This document shows positions 9,401 through 16,285 of a stretch of 16,739 nucleotides of DNA, in pieces. Made by a program: the position numbers and the translations under genes. Source of the stretch: an uncultured Alphaproteobacteria bacterium (GTDB lineage: Bacteria; Pseudomonadota; Alphaproteobacteria; Rs-D84); contig CALXXY010000012.1 in assembly GCA_944392815.1 (NCBI GenBank), positions 1 to 16,739 of the forward strand. Reading direction: 5' to 3'. The notes beneath the pieces were generated by a model that had not been told where the DNA came from, ran no database searches, and saw only the letters and a list, made by a program, of their open reading frames with translations. How positions within the stretch are numbered: the stretch's first letter is position 1; each line of letters opens with the position of its first letter.

Positions 9401-9860
9401 TGCCGCCACCGTCGGATCGTTTTCACGGCGGCGCACCAAAACGGGCAAAGACATGATTACAATAAACGCGTCTGACAGTTTTGGGAATATTGACGCGGTG
9501 GCATTCGGTCAATCGGCCGCTGATTTTGCCCAGATTTTGTCCACCGAATCATTGGTATTAATTTCCGGCAAAACGTCGTGTCGTGACGACAGGGTTTCGG
9601 TGTTTGTGGATTCTATTATTCCGCTGACGCAATGGGTGGCAAAAATAGCAAAAAAAATCACCCTGGATATTTATGATGGCGCCGTGTTGCCCGATGTCAA
9701 AAAAGCGATATTGGCGTTGCGTCCCGGGCATACGCATGTTGTGTTGAACCTGCATGCGGGGGACAAAGTCGCGGCCATGGCGTTGCCTGGGGGTGTGGAA
9801 TTGGGTGCGACAACGGCGACTGATTTTATTAATCTGGGGATAAGGGTTGAAATAGAATAA
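6450..9860 (+). CDS. dnaE: DNA polymerase III subunit alpha
   Basis: N-terminal PHP domain (FVHLRTHS...ALTDTN), GPGRGSGAGS, catalytic SMPDFDVDF and IKFDFLGL, YAFNKSHA, HhH IKGVG, clamp-binding-like SLSLF, C-terminal OB fold. 1136 aa, no intein. Confidence 0.98.
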   Translation: MENQFVHLRTHSRISIGAGTLKIKDIPELCIKYGMLACALTDTNLMSGCAEFSDVMPKNKIQPIIGVEITLNQHNADPKILRANALSRIVLLAQNHDGYLNLCELSRIMYMRTENHHLGPYITFDELASHSVGLICLSGAHTGPIGMAILNAQDGQARQYAQLLLDIFGDRFYMEIQRHGLADEIKTEPEFLKIALDLNIPIVATNDVEFAAAQNYEAEDALTCVLGQTKVIDPDRPRKSSEQYFKTADEMADLFSDLPEAIENTIAIANRCGFMVNVHEKPLLPRFGNDLEQECQMLRDHTMTGLAKNLAQHGITDTKPYYEQAEFELGVIINMGFPGYFLIVADYIDWCRHNDILTGPGRGSGAGSIVAWALGITHVNPLKYGLLFERFLNPDRISMPDFDVDFEPTGIERVLAYICDKYGHDSVCRIITFGSLQARGAIRDIGRVYGIPYSKSDRLSKLIPQDAKTLKDAVDASPEIQYILQTDEDMNKVVSVAEELEGSLRNLGQHACGVVIGDRPTTKIAPVYRDPANPLPSCQFDGHYLESSGLIKFDFLGLETLAILKYAIKLIQQTRGINIDLDKIPTDDEKTMKLWQSGMTEGIFQFDAPFVQQTLRKMHPTSFLEISALNALNRPGPIAFIPQFIARMHGEEKVEYVHPRAEPILKETYGIIVYQEQVMQLTRALAGFTRGQSDNVRKAMGKKIAKMLDELEGKFYDGCEKEQTLNREQAKELWEKFKEFAKYAFNKSHAIAYSIVANQCAYLKANYTPEFLAASMSSNLNDTDQLALFVDDAKSNFGIQIVAPDINESESLFTVRGGKIIYALAAIKGVGTAATDAIVAERNAHGKFKNLTDFAKRCAPIMNKRILEAFAKVGVLDSLEPNRASIFMNADAILSYASKSRDGANSLSLFANTVEDDVAEDRLTKNLPNTPMWTFAQRLENELSALGFYISAHPLDQYKHLIARARLATSTTLASLGDRKPVQIAATVGSFSRRRTKTGKDMITINASDSFGNIDAVAFGQSAADFAQILSTESLVLISGKTSCRDDRVSVFVDSIIPLTQWVAKIAKKITLDIYDGAVLPDVKKAILALRPGHTHVVLNLHAGDKVAAMALPGGVELGATTATDFINLGIRVEIE

Positions 9861-10702
9861 TGAAACATATACCTGTGTTATTGGATTCTGTTATGCGTGC
9901 GTTGGGCGACATAAATGGCGCACGAATTGTTGATGCTACATTTGGCGCAGGCGGTTATTCACGTGCGTTTTTAAATGCAGGCGCAAATGTTATCGCGTTT
10001 GATCGCGACCCCAATGTTATCGCAGACGCACGGGCCGTGCATGATGAATTTGGCGCACGATTTGAATTTGTGCCTGGGCCTTTTTCTGATATAGATACCC
10101 TGCCCGGCGTATATGACGCGATTGTTTTTGATTTGGGCATTTCGTCCATGCAGATTGATAATGCTGAACGTGGATTTTCTTTTCGTGGTGATGGGCCGCT
10201 GGATATGCGCATGTCGGGGGCCGGTGCCAGTGCGGCTGAATTAATAGCAAATTCATCGGTTGACGCATTGGCGCAAATTTTGCGTGACTATGGCGATGTG
10301 AAACGCGCGGGCGCGATGGCGCGCGCAATTCATGATGCCGCCCCACAAACCACATTTGCATTGCGGGATTTGATTCATAATCCACGCGATGTCGCACCCG
10401 TATTTCAGGCATTACGCATAGCGGTCAATGATGAAATGGGACAATTAAGGCATGCGTTGGACGTTGTGCCGAATTTGTTGCAATCCGGGGGCAAGTGCAT
10501 TTGTGTGACATTCCATTCAATCGAGGACAGAATAGTCAAAAATACTTTCCGCGATTGGACAACGGCGCCCGGCGACCCGCATATGCCGACTGTGGCGGTG
10601 GCGGGGTTTGCGCCATTGCGCACGGCCACCCCAACCGCGGACGAATTGGAACGCAATCCGCGGGCACGCAGTGCGCATATGCGTGGGGTGATGAAAATAT
10701 AA
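9860..10702 (+). CDS. rsmH: 16S rRNA (cytosine(1402)-N4)-methyltransferase RsmH/MraW
   Basis: HIPVLL, VDATFGAGGYS, FDRDP, DLGISSMQID.AERGFSF..DGPLDMRM, FQALRIAVNDE, TFHSIEDRIVK, NPRARSA. The start overlaps the dnaE stop (TAATG). Confidence 0.97.
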   Translation: MKHIPVLLDSVMRALGDINGARIVDATFGAGGYSRAFLNAGANVIAFDRDPNVIADARAVHDEFGARFEFVPGPFSDIDTLPGVYDAIVFDLGISSMQIDNAERGFSFRGDGPLDMRMSGAGASAAELIANSSVDALAQILRDYGDVKRAGAMARAIHDAAPQTTFALRDLIHNPRDVAPVFQALRIAVNDEMGQLRHALDVVPNLLQSGGKCICVTFHSIEDRIVKNTFRDWTTAPGDPHMPTVAVAGFAPLRTATPTADELERNPRARSAHMRGVMKI

Positions 10703-10709
10703 ATTCATA

Positions 10710-10739
10710 TTGACCGGCGTGTACAAATTTTTGTACGAT
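10710..10739 (+). promoter_or_regulatory. Putative sigma70 promoter with an inverted repeat (possible operator) over the spacer and -10
   Basis: TTGACC (10710-10715), 18 bp, TACGAT (10734-10739). Dyad GTACAAA-tt-TTTGTAC at 10721-10736. RBS-like AGGGG lies before ATG 10771. Confidence 0.55.
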
Positions 10740-10770
10740 AAAAAACAGATAAAATCACAGGGGTAATTAT

Positions 10771-11280
10771 ATGAAAAAAATTTGTTCCACTTTATGTATG
10801 ACCGCATTGGCAATGTTGATGGCTGTGCCGGCTGCAATGGCCGTGTGTCCGGTGTGCACAGTGGCGGTGGGTGCGGGACTCGAAGGAATGCGTCTGTTGG
10901 GTGTTGACGATGTTATCACAGGTATTTGGGCCGGTGGATTGATGTTGTCACTGTTTTTCTGGACGGCCGGGTGGCTGAAACGCCACAATGTGACAAACGT
11001 TTGGCTGCAAATTGTTGTGCCGTTCGTCGTGTATTATGGATTGTTGGCCGCGGTGTACGCGTTGCCTGGGGTTGAATTTGGCGCAGCGACATTGTGGGGT
11101 ATTGATAAATTCCTGTTGGGGGTAATCGTGGGAACCGTGGCGTTTTATCTGGGCGCGCGATGGTATATACGGATTAAGCGCAATAATGGCGGCCACGCAA
11201 AATTTGCATTTCAAAAGGTTGTTGTCCCATTGTCTTTTTTGATTGTCGCAACAATTATATTCTGGTTCATAACAATGTAA
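10771..11280 (+). CDS. Uncharacterised membrane protein: signal peptide, CPVC (CxxC) motif and four TM helices
   Basis: MKK + hydrophobic stretch + AMA| cleavage site, then VCPVC (CxxC codons 10846-10857). Four hydrophobic segments, with basic loops after TM1 (KRH) and TM3 (RIKR..K..K). Confidence 0.85.
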   Translation: MKKICSTLCMTALAMLMAVPAAMAVCPVCTVAVGAGLEGMRLLGVDDVITGIWAGGLMLSLFFWTAGWLKRHNVTNVWLQIVVPFVVYYGLLAAVYALPGVEFGAATLWGIDKFLLGVIVGTVAFYLGARWYIRIKRNNGGHAKFAFQKVVVPLSFLIVATIIFWFITM

Positions 11281-11308
11281 TTTCGTGCAAAAGGAAGGAA
11301 AGAAAATC

Positions 11309-11959
11309 ATGAAAGCAAAAACTGTACCGGCCGCAAAGAAAGCCGTTAAAAAAACACCTGGGAAAAAATCCGAAAAAATGACGCTGCAGGAAATGATTTC
11401 CAAAGTCGATGCGTCAAAGAAAGTCAATCCGTTGGATTTGTCGTCCGACCAGGATTTGTCCATCGCGCTGATGAATTTGATTTCGTTGGAAGAACACTTT
11501 TTCTTTAGCGGCGCAAAAACACAAAAAACAGGTTTTTATGATTTGATTAATACTGTGCGTGACATGCGCAAAGAATTAATGGCGCGCATTGTTAAAAAAT
11601 CTACGGCTGAAAATGGCGAGGTTTGGTGCATTTCCAAACATTTGTTGGCTGCGTCTATGCGCGTGATGGAGGTTGGCACCAAAGCACTGTCCGCCGGAAA
11701 TACGCGCGACGCATATGATTTGTTTAATAAATCGTATGAATTGTATTCGCTGTTTTGGGGCATAAACATGGATTTGGTTGATTTAACAGGTGTTAAAAAA
11801 ATCGCGCCTGATGTTTATGCAAAATGTGCGGTCGATGGCGAACGTCATGCCACCGCAACCCCGACCCCAGAAAACACCCCCAGCGTCACGGAATCACGTT
11901 CGGCGGTTCGTCGTTTGGGTGACTGGGTAAAAAATGCAGTAAATTGCTGTATCGAGTAA
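11309..11959 (+). CDS. Uncharacterised soluble helical protein with EEH, WCxxKH and C-terminal CCIE motifs
   Basis: ATG 11309 is preferred over GTG 11285 because AAGGAAGG (11291-11298) precedes it. Lys/Ala-rich N-terminal tail, amphipathic helical core, vicinal Cys pair at the C-terminus. Confidence 0.85.
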   Translation: MKAKTVPAAKKAVKKTPGKKSEKMTLQEMISKVDASKKVNPLDLSSDQDLSIALMNLISLEEHFFFSGAKTQKTGFYDLINTVRDMRKELMARIVKKSTAENGEVWCISKHLLAASMRVMEVGTKALSAGNTRDAYDLFNKSYELYSLFWGINMDLVDLTGVKKIAPDVYAKCAVDGERHATATPTPENTPSVTESRSAVRRLGDWVKNAVNCCIE

Positions 11960-11967
11960 ATTGACTG

Positions 11968-11997
11968 TTGATTAACAATGCGGGAATGTGATAAAAT
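11968..11997 (+). promoter_or_regulatory. Putative sigma70 promoter with extended -10
   Basis: TTGATT (11968-11973), 18-bp spacer ending in TGa, TAAAAT (11992-11997). Purine-rich AGAGAG lies before TTG 12019. Confidence 0.6.
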
Positions 11998-12018
11998 ACA
12001 GCCAAGAGAGATGTAATT

Positions 12019-14559
12019 TTGAAAACACGGTTCGTTGATTTTTTCAGGATTTCATTGGCAATTTGTGCCGTTTTTGCGTGCGGTGTGGCGATTGCGGCAC
12101 CTGCACAAAACCCGCGTGGTGGCGGTGCGGCAACGACCACAACAACATCGGCCACGTCGCGCGCGGACAGTGGGCGCGTGGTTCGCGTTAATTCCGTGGC
12201 CGCGGAAAACGCCGGCAAAACAACAACCGCACGAAATGCGGCAACTGTATCGCGCACCGCCACGGCGCGCCCCAGTGTGACTGTGGCACGTACGGCGACC
12301 GCGCAACCACAAAAATCGACGAATGTTGTGACCGGACGCAGCGGAACGATTCGTCAAACCGCGCCAACATCGGCCAATGCCGCATCGGCACGCAGTGCGA
12401 CTGTATCACGCGCAGCGGCATCGAATGTTGTGCGTGCGGCGCATACACCTGCGTCGACCGCACGTGCGGGCACAACGAAAACTGTTGTTGGTGGGTCGCG
12501 CGCATCAAATGCACGTGCGACGGCCGTGTTCAGTGATATTTCTGCGATCGGTGGCGGATACGCCCAATGTCGCGAGGCATATGCCACCTGTATGGATCAA
12601 TTCTGTGCGAATGCAAATGACACATATCGCAGATGTATTTGCAGCAACCGCTATAATGAATTTCGCGATACCGAAAACGCCATTGACCAGGCATTAAATC
12701 TGTTGGCGCAATTCCAGGACAATAATTTAACCGCGGTTAACCTGTCGGCCGAGGAAGTGACCGCTATGTACACCGCGACCGAGGGCGAAGAAGCCATCAA
12801 GCGCGATACCAGTGCGGCGGCGAATATGTTATCTGAAATTAATGATTTGCTGTCTGGGAAATCATCGTCGTCATCATCATCGTCGTCCAGTGGCAGTTCC
12901 ACGTCGCTGGGGATTTTGACGATTGATTTTACATCTGATATTGGTGATATTTGGGGCGATGGTGGCGGTTCGTCCATATTCGATTCATCAACGGGGGTGG
13001 ATTTGTCAACCTTGACCGGCCAGGAATTGTATTCCGCCGCCAGTCGCCAGTGCACGGAAATCATCGCAGATTCGTGCGAAAATGACGCCGTGCTGAACAT
13101 GGCGCGCAGTGCATACAGTATTATGATTACCCAGGATTGCAACCTGTATGAACGCAATATTAACACCCAGAAAGAGGGTCTGGAACAAACTGTGCGCACC
13201 GCAGAAAAATACCTGCGCGAGGCCCGTTTAGAAGAATATCAATCACACAATTCGGCCGATGTGAACGAATGTATTTCCGCCGTGCGTACCGCGATTCAAA
13301 CGGATTCTGCGTGTGGTCCGAACTATGAACGTTGTTTGGATTATACAGGCGCGTATATCAACCAAACCACGGGCGAGGCAATTTATTCCACTCGTTTATT
13401 CGAATTGGCACAAATGATTAATTTGCCGGGCGTCAGTGCTGGTTATAACAGCAGCGAAGATATATTGACATCAAATGCACCCTTTAACACATTCTTGGAC
13501 GATAAACGTATATTTGCCGAAAGTGCGTTGGACACCTGTCGCGATATTGCCGATACTGTGTGGACAGAATTTAAACGCCAGGCGTTGATTGAAATCGCCC
13601 AGGCCCAGGACGAAAAAATAGAAGAAGTTAAAATGTCCTGTGTCAGCACTATGGCGGAGTGCTACGATACTCAAACTGGCGCTTTACAGGATTTTGATAC
13701 AACCACATCGCAATACAGCGGCGCAGTCAGTGCATATGCGGCGCGTTCAATGTGCGCGGATAAAGTTATGGCCTGTGCCACATTGTATGGAAGCACAGAC
13801 GGGTGTGAATTTGATGAAACAACCGGGCAAATGAAAAATACTCAAAGGAGTTTGGTTGGTGGTGCAGCGAATGAGGCCTGTGGATTGACCGCTTTGTTGG
13901 CGTTTGTTGACACGGTTGATACAGTTCGTGTGGCCGAGGGCTGTGACACTGCATTGCAGAATTATTTAACAGAAACTTGTACACCAGACAGCGGGGAAAT
14001 GGGTTATCCATGGAATTGCCGCAACATGTCACCAACAGAACTGGAGGAGAGAGCAACAGATTTTGCAGAGCAGAATTGTGTCGATCCAACAGCGGCTGGT
14101 GAAGGACTGGAAAATCGTGTCCCAGATTTAGTATATGAACAGATTAACGACGCTGTGGCAAATGTATTCGAAGAAATGGGTGAAATGTTGGCCGCAACAT
14201 GCGAAAGTTTAGACGGTTATTGGGTGTATGATGAGTCGTATAATGAAGTTTTGTACGGCGAGGACAGAAGCAGCACCATGCAAACGAATACCAGCAGTCG
14301 TATTGGCGATAATGCGTCGCTGTTGACCGGTTTTTATTCGTCTGTGTTTGGCGGGAATCAGGTGCGTGATTGGGGAACGTGTTATGAAAATACGACCATG
14401 GTACGTTGTTTGGCGTATAATGATGGGTTGGAAACCGAGGTCGCGACATATGACCTGGCCCGGGACGAATGCACATTTACCGGCGAATGGTATCGTCAAC
14501 AGTGCGAAGAATTACTGGGCGGATACTATGAAAATTCGGTGTGTTATGTTGCTGAATAG
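12019..14559 (+). CDS. Secreted cysteine-rich hypothetical protein with Arg/Ala/Thr/Ser low-complexity N-terminus
   Basis: 846-aa ORF with a Sec signal peptide (…CGVAIA|APA), a basic low-complexity tract, a CxxxYxxCMDQFC…RCxCS Cys cluster, a Ser10 linker and an acidic Cys-spaced body. Confidence 0.88.
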   Translation: MKTRFVDFFRISLAICAVFACGVAIAAPAQNPRGGGAATTTTTSATSRADSGRVVRVNSVAAENAGKTTTARNAATVSRTATARPSVTVARTATAQPQKSTNVVTGRSGTIRQTAPTSANAASARSATVSRAAASNVVRAAHTPASTARAGTTKTVVGGSRASNARATAVFSDISAIGGGYAQCREAYATCMDQFCANANDTYRRCICSNRYNEFRDTENAIDQALNLLAQFQDNNLTAVNLSAEEVTAMYTATEGEEAIKRDTSAAANMLSEINDLLSGKSSSSSSSSSSGSSTSLGILTIDFTSDIGDIWGDGGGSSIFDSSTGVDLSTLTGQELYSAASRQCTEIIADSCENDAVLNMARSAYSIMITQDCNLYERNINTQKEGLEQTVRTAEKYLREARLEEYQSHNSADVNECISAVRTAIQTDSACGPNYERCLDYTGAYINQTTGEAIYSTRLFELAQMINLPGVSAGYNSSEDILTSNAPFNTFLDDKRIFAESALDTCRDIADTVWTEFKRQALIEIAQAQDEKIEEVKMSCVSTMAECYDTQTGALQDFDTTTSQYSGAVSAYAARSMCADKVMACATLYGSTDGCEFDETTGQMKNTQRSLVGGAANEACGLTALLAFVDTVDTVRVAEGCDTALQNYLTETCTPDSGEMGYPWNCRNMSPTELEERATDFAEQNCVDPTAAGEGLENRVPDLVYEQINDAVANVFEEMGEMLAATCESLDGYWVYDESYNEVLYGEDRSSTMQTNTSSRIGDNASLLTGFYSSVFGGNQVRDWGTCYENTTMVRCLAYNDGLETEVATYDLARDECTFTGEWYRQQCEELLGGYYENSVCYVAE
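12862..12891 (+). repeat. Imperfect TCR trinucleotide run encoding poly-Ser (10 Ser)
   Basis: tca tcg tcg tca tca tca tcg tcg tcc agt. Confidence 0.8.
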
Positions 14560-14570
14560 GTGATTGGATA

Positions 14571-15839
14571 ATGAAAAATATATTAAAACTGTTTTCTGGG
14601 TTGTTAATATTGCCATTGATTTCCGGCGCTGCGTTTGCCGCAAAAATTAATATCAGTCACCTGAAATCATCATGGGGCAATCCCGAACTGGGCAGATGCG
14701 AAGGTAACACCAATGTAAGGAACGCTGTTATCGGCAATAACAAAAATTGCAAGGGGAACAATCGGGACGATTGGTGCAGATTAGGTGATGATTATGGCGT
14801 TTTGATGTTGATCGCCCGCGAAGTCAATGAAAATGGCGCATATTTTTGCCCAACAACCGTATATGGCGAAAAGCATGGTCGTGGAGATTCGTGGACATTG
14901 TATGGGGATTCGTCCCAGGGTCAGGGTTGCTTTTGGGCATGTAAAAAGGGATTCAGTGGCGAAAACTGTCAAAGCACCACCGTGACTGCATGTGATACAG
15001 AACCCGTGACGCGCAGTACATATGATTCATATGCCATGGTGCGCGACCCAGAAATAGAAAATTACATACCTATGTTTGAGTTGAATCAGTATAAGAATTG
15101 TACTTTTAAGAGAAATAAATTTGGGGAAGAACACGATCAGTTCCTGGCGGTGGTTGATTGGTTGTCATCGGGACACGGTGTGGTTGTACAACCAATGAGT
15201 GTGCGCGCCAATATGTGGGATAAAGGAAACTGGGAGGCAGCGATTATAGCCTATGTAGCTGGCACATCACAGGTTTTATGTAAAAATGGTTATACTGTGA
15301 ATTCTGCGGGGACCGAGTGTGTCCCATTGGACGAAGAAAAGTGCGCTGCAAATGAAATGTGCGCCGATTGGGCCAATGTTGAATTTGATTCGGAAACCAT
15401 GGTAAAGGAATTAAGTTTGACATGTGTTAACACACATGGCACGACGGCTGGTGTGCAATATCGTTGCAAAACACCGGGGTATGCGTTTGCGTCGGTGGCC
15501 GATCATACGTGTACACAATGTGTCGAAAATATGCGTACCGGGGTTAACCCCAGCAATGGTACGTGTGTGACCTGTGAAATTGGGGAAATATTTAATGCCA
15601 GCGCGCCCGGCTATTGTGCCGATGCCACAGGTTTCAGCCAGGAACAAATGCAATATGGCACCGGTCAAAACAAAAACGTGGATTTGGAACGGCAATGCTG
15701 GACCATTACCGACCCCGATGACTATGACGATTGTGTGCGCAACGGTGTATCAGATGCAAAAATGGCGGAACGCCAAAGTGCCCTGCAACGGCCCGCGACA
15801 ATAATCAAGGCCGCCATTCAATCACGTGTTATCAGATAA
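14571..15839 (+). CDS. Secreted cysteine-rich hypothetical protein
   Basis: 422-aa ORF, 11 nt after the previous stop, with RBS-like AGGTGA. Signal peptide (…SGAAFA|AKI). EGF-like CxWxCKKGFSGENC and CKNGY…C motifs. Confidence 0.88.
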   Translation: MKNILKLFSGLLILPLISGAAFAAKINISHLKSSWGNPELGRCEGNTNVRNAVIGNNKNCKGNNRDDWCRLGDDYGVLMLIAREVNENGAYFCPTTVYGEKHGRGDSWTLYGDSSQGQGCFWACKKGFSGENCQSTTVTACDTEPVTRSTYDSYAMVRDPEIENYIPMFELNQYKNCTFKRNKFGEEHDQFLAVVDWLSSGHGVVVQPMSVRANMWDKGNWEAAIIAYVAGTSQVLCKNGYTVNSAGTECVPLDEEKCAANEMCADWANVEFDSETMVKELSLTCVNTHGTTAGVQYRCKTPGYAFASVADHTCTQCVENMRTGVNPSNGTCVTCEIGEIFNASAPGYCADATGFSQEQMQYGTGQNKNVDLERQCWTITDPDDYDDCVRNGVSDAKMAERQSALQRPATIIKAAIQSRVIR

Positions 15840-15845
15840 AGTTAT

Positions 15846-15872
15846 GTTATTCCCGCGCCACAGCGCGGGATA
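15846..15872 (+). repeat. Solo hairpin, degenerate half of the GTCATTCCCGCG family; possible terminator
   Basis: GTTATTCCCGCGC-caca-GCGCGGGATA with an 8-bp GC-rich stem just after the stop codon. No proper U-tract. Confidence 0.5.
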
Positions 15873-15878
15873 TATCCC

Positions 15879-16014
15879 TGTCATTGCGAAGGAGTACGAT
15901 CAACGTTGAAAACGTTGTCGTACGACTGTGGCAATCCAGTGCAATATGTCTGCGGGCGGTACGCCCGCAGTGCTTTTTTATTTACTGGATCGCCACGCTT
16001 TGCTCGCGATGACA
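15879..16014. repeat. Palindromic miniature element A (GTCATTGCGA…GTGGCAATCC type; REPIN/Rickettsia palindromic element-like)
   Basis: TGTCATTGCGA pairs with TCGCGATGACA, and GTGGCAATCCAGT (15928-15940) with ACTGGATCGCCAC (15984-15996). Internal hairpins: GTACGA-t-CAACGTT…AACGTTG-TCGTAC and CTGCGGGCG-gta-CGCCCGCAG. Confidence 0.85.
15950..15979 (+). terminator. Possible intrinsic terminator inside element A
   Basis: Perfect 9-bp stem CTGCGGGCG/CGCCCGCAG followed by TGCTTTTTT. Confidence 0.55.
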
Positions 16015-16046
16015 ATGGGGAGTAAGTGAATAATTACGCACTCTCT

Positions 16047-16155
16047 GACCACCCCGTCGACTACGTCGACACCCCTCCGTAGAGGGGAACTTATTCCGCG
16101 ACGGAACGTACCTAGTTCCCCTCCATTGGAGGGGTGTCCGCAGGACGGGGTGGTT
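16047..16155. repeat. Palindromic miniature element B (ACCACCCCGTC…GACACCCCTC…GAGGGGAAC inverted pair)
   Basis: The left arm ACCACCCCGTC-n-GACACCCCTC-n-GAGGGGAAC is the reverse complement of the right arm GTTCCCCTCC-n-GGAGGGGTGTCC-n-GGACGGGGTGGT. Stems are conserved and loops differ. Central hairpin TTCCG-cga-CGGAA. Confidence 0.88.
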
Positions 16156-16160
16156 ATTGT

Positions 16161-16256
16161 ACCCCCCCCCCGTCGTGCAAAGCACGCCACCCCCGCCCTG
16201 GAACCACCCACGCAAACTATGTTTGCGCGGGGCCCGGTGGTGCGGTGGGCATTCTG
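16161..16256 (+). repeat. Variant solo arm of family B carrying a 37-bp hairpin insert (16199-16235)
   Basis: Aligns with 16506-16562 (CCCCGTC-hairpin-ACCCCCGCCC|GGTGG(G)TGCGGTGGGCATTCTG) apart from the extra 37 bp. Confidence 0.75.
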
Positions 16257-16285
16257 CTTGGTTATTGCCCGTGCATACTCTCCCC

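Noticed and set aside
6450-9860. Intein or split in dnaE, or error-prone DnaE2
   Set aside because: Normal length with contiguous motifs, no imuA/imuB neighbours, and a full C-terminal region.
11285-11308. GTG start for the 224-aa ORF
   Set aside because: The SD-like AAGGAAGG lies downstream of this GTG and suits ATG 11309.
16047-16155. tRNA gene (cloverleaf-like fold)
   Set aside because: Multi-branch folding comes from two inverted arms. No TTCG T-loop, D-loop or anticodon-arm geometry.
16162-16171. C10 tract as a phase-variation switch
   Set aside because: It lies in a non-coding repeat and is best explained as decayed ACCACCCC plus slippage or homopolymer error.
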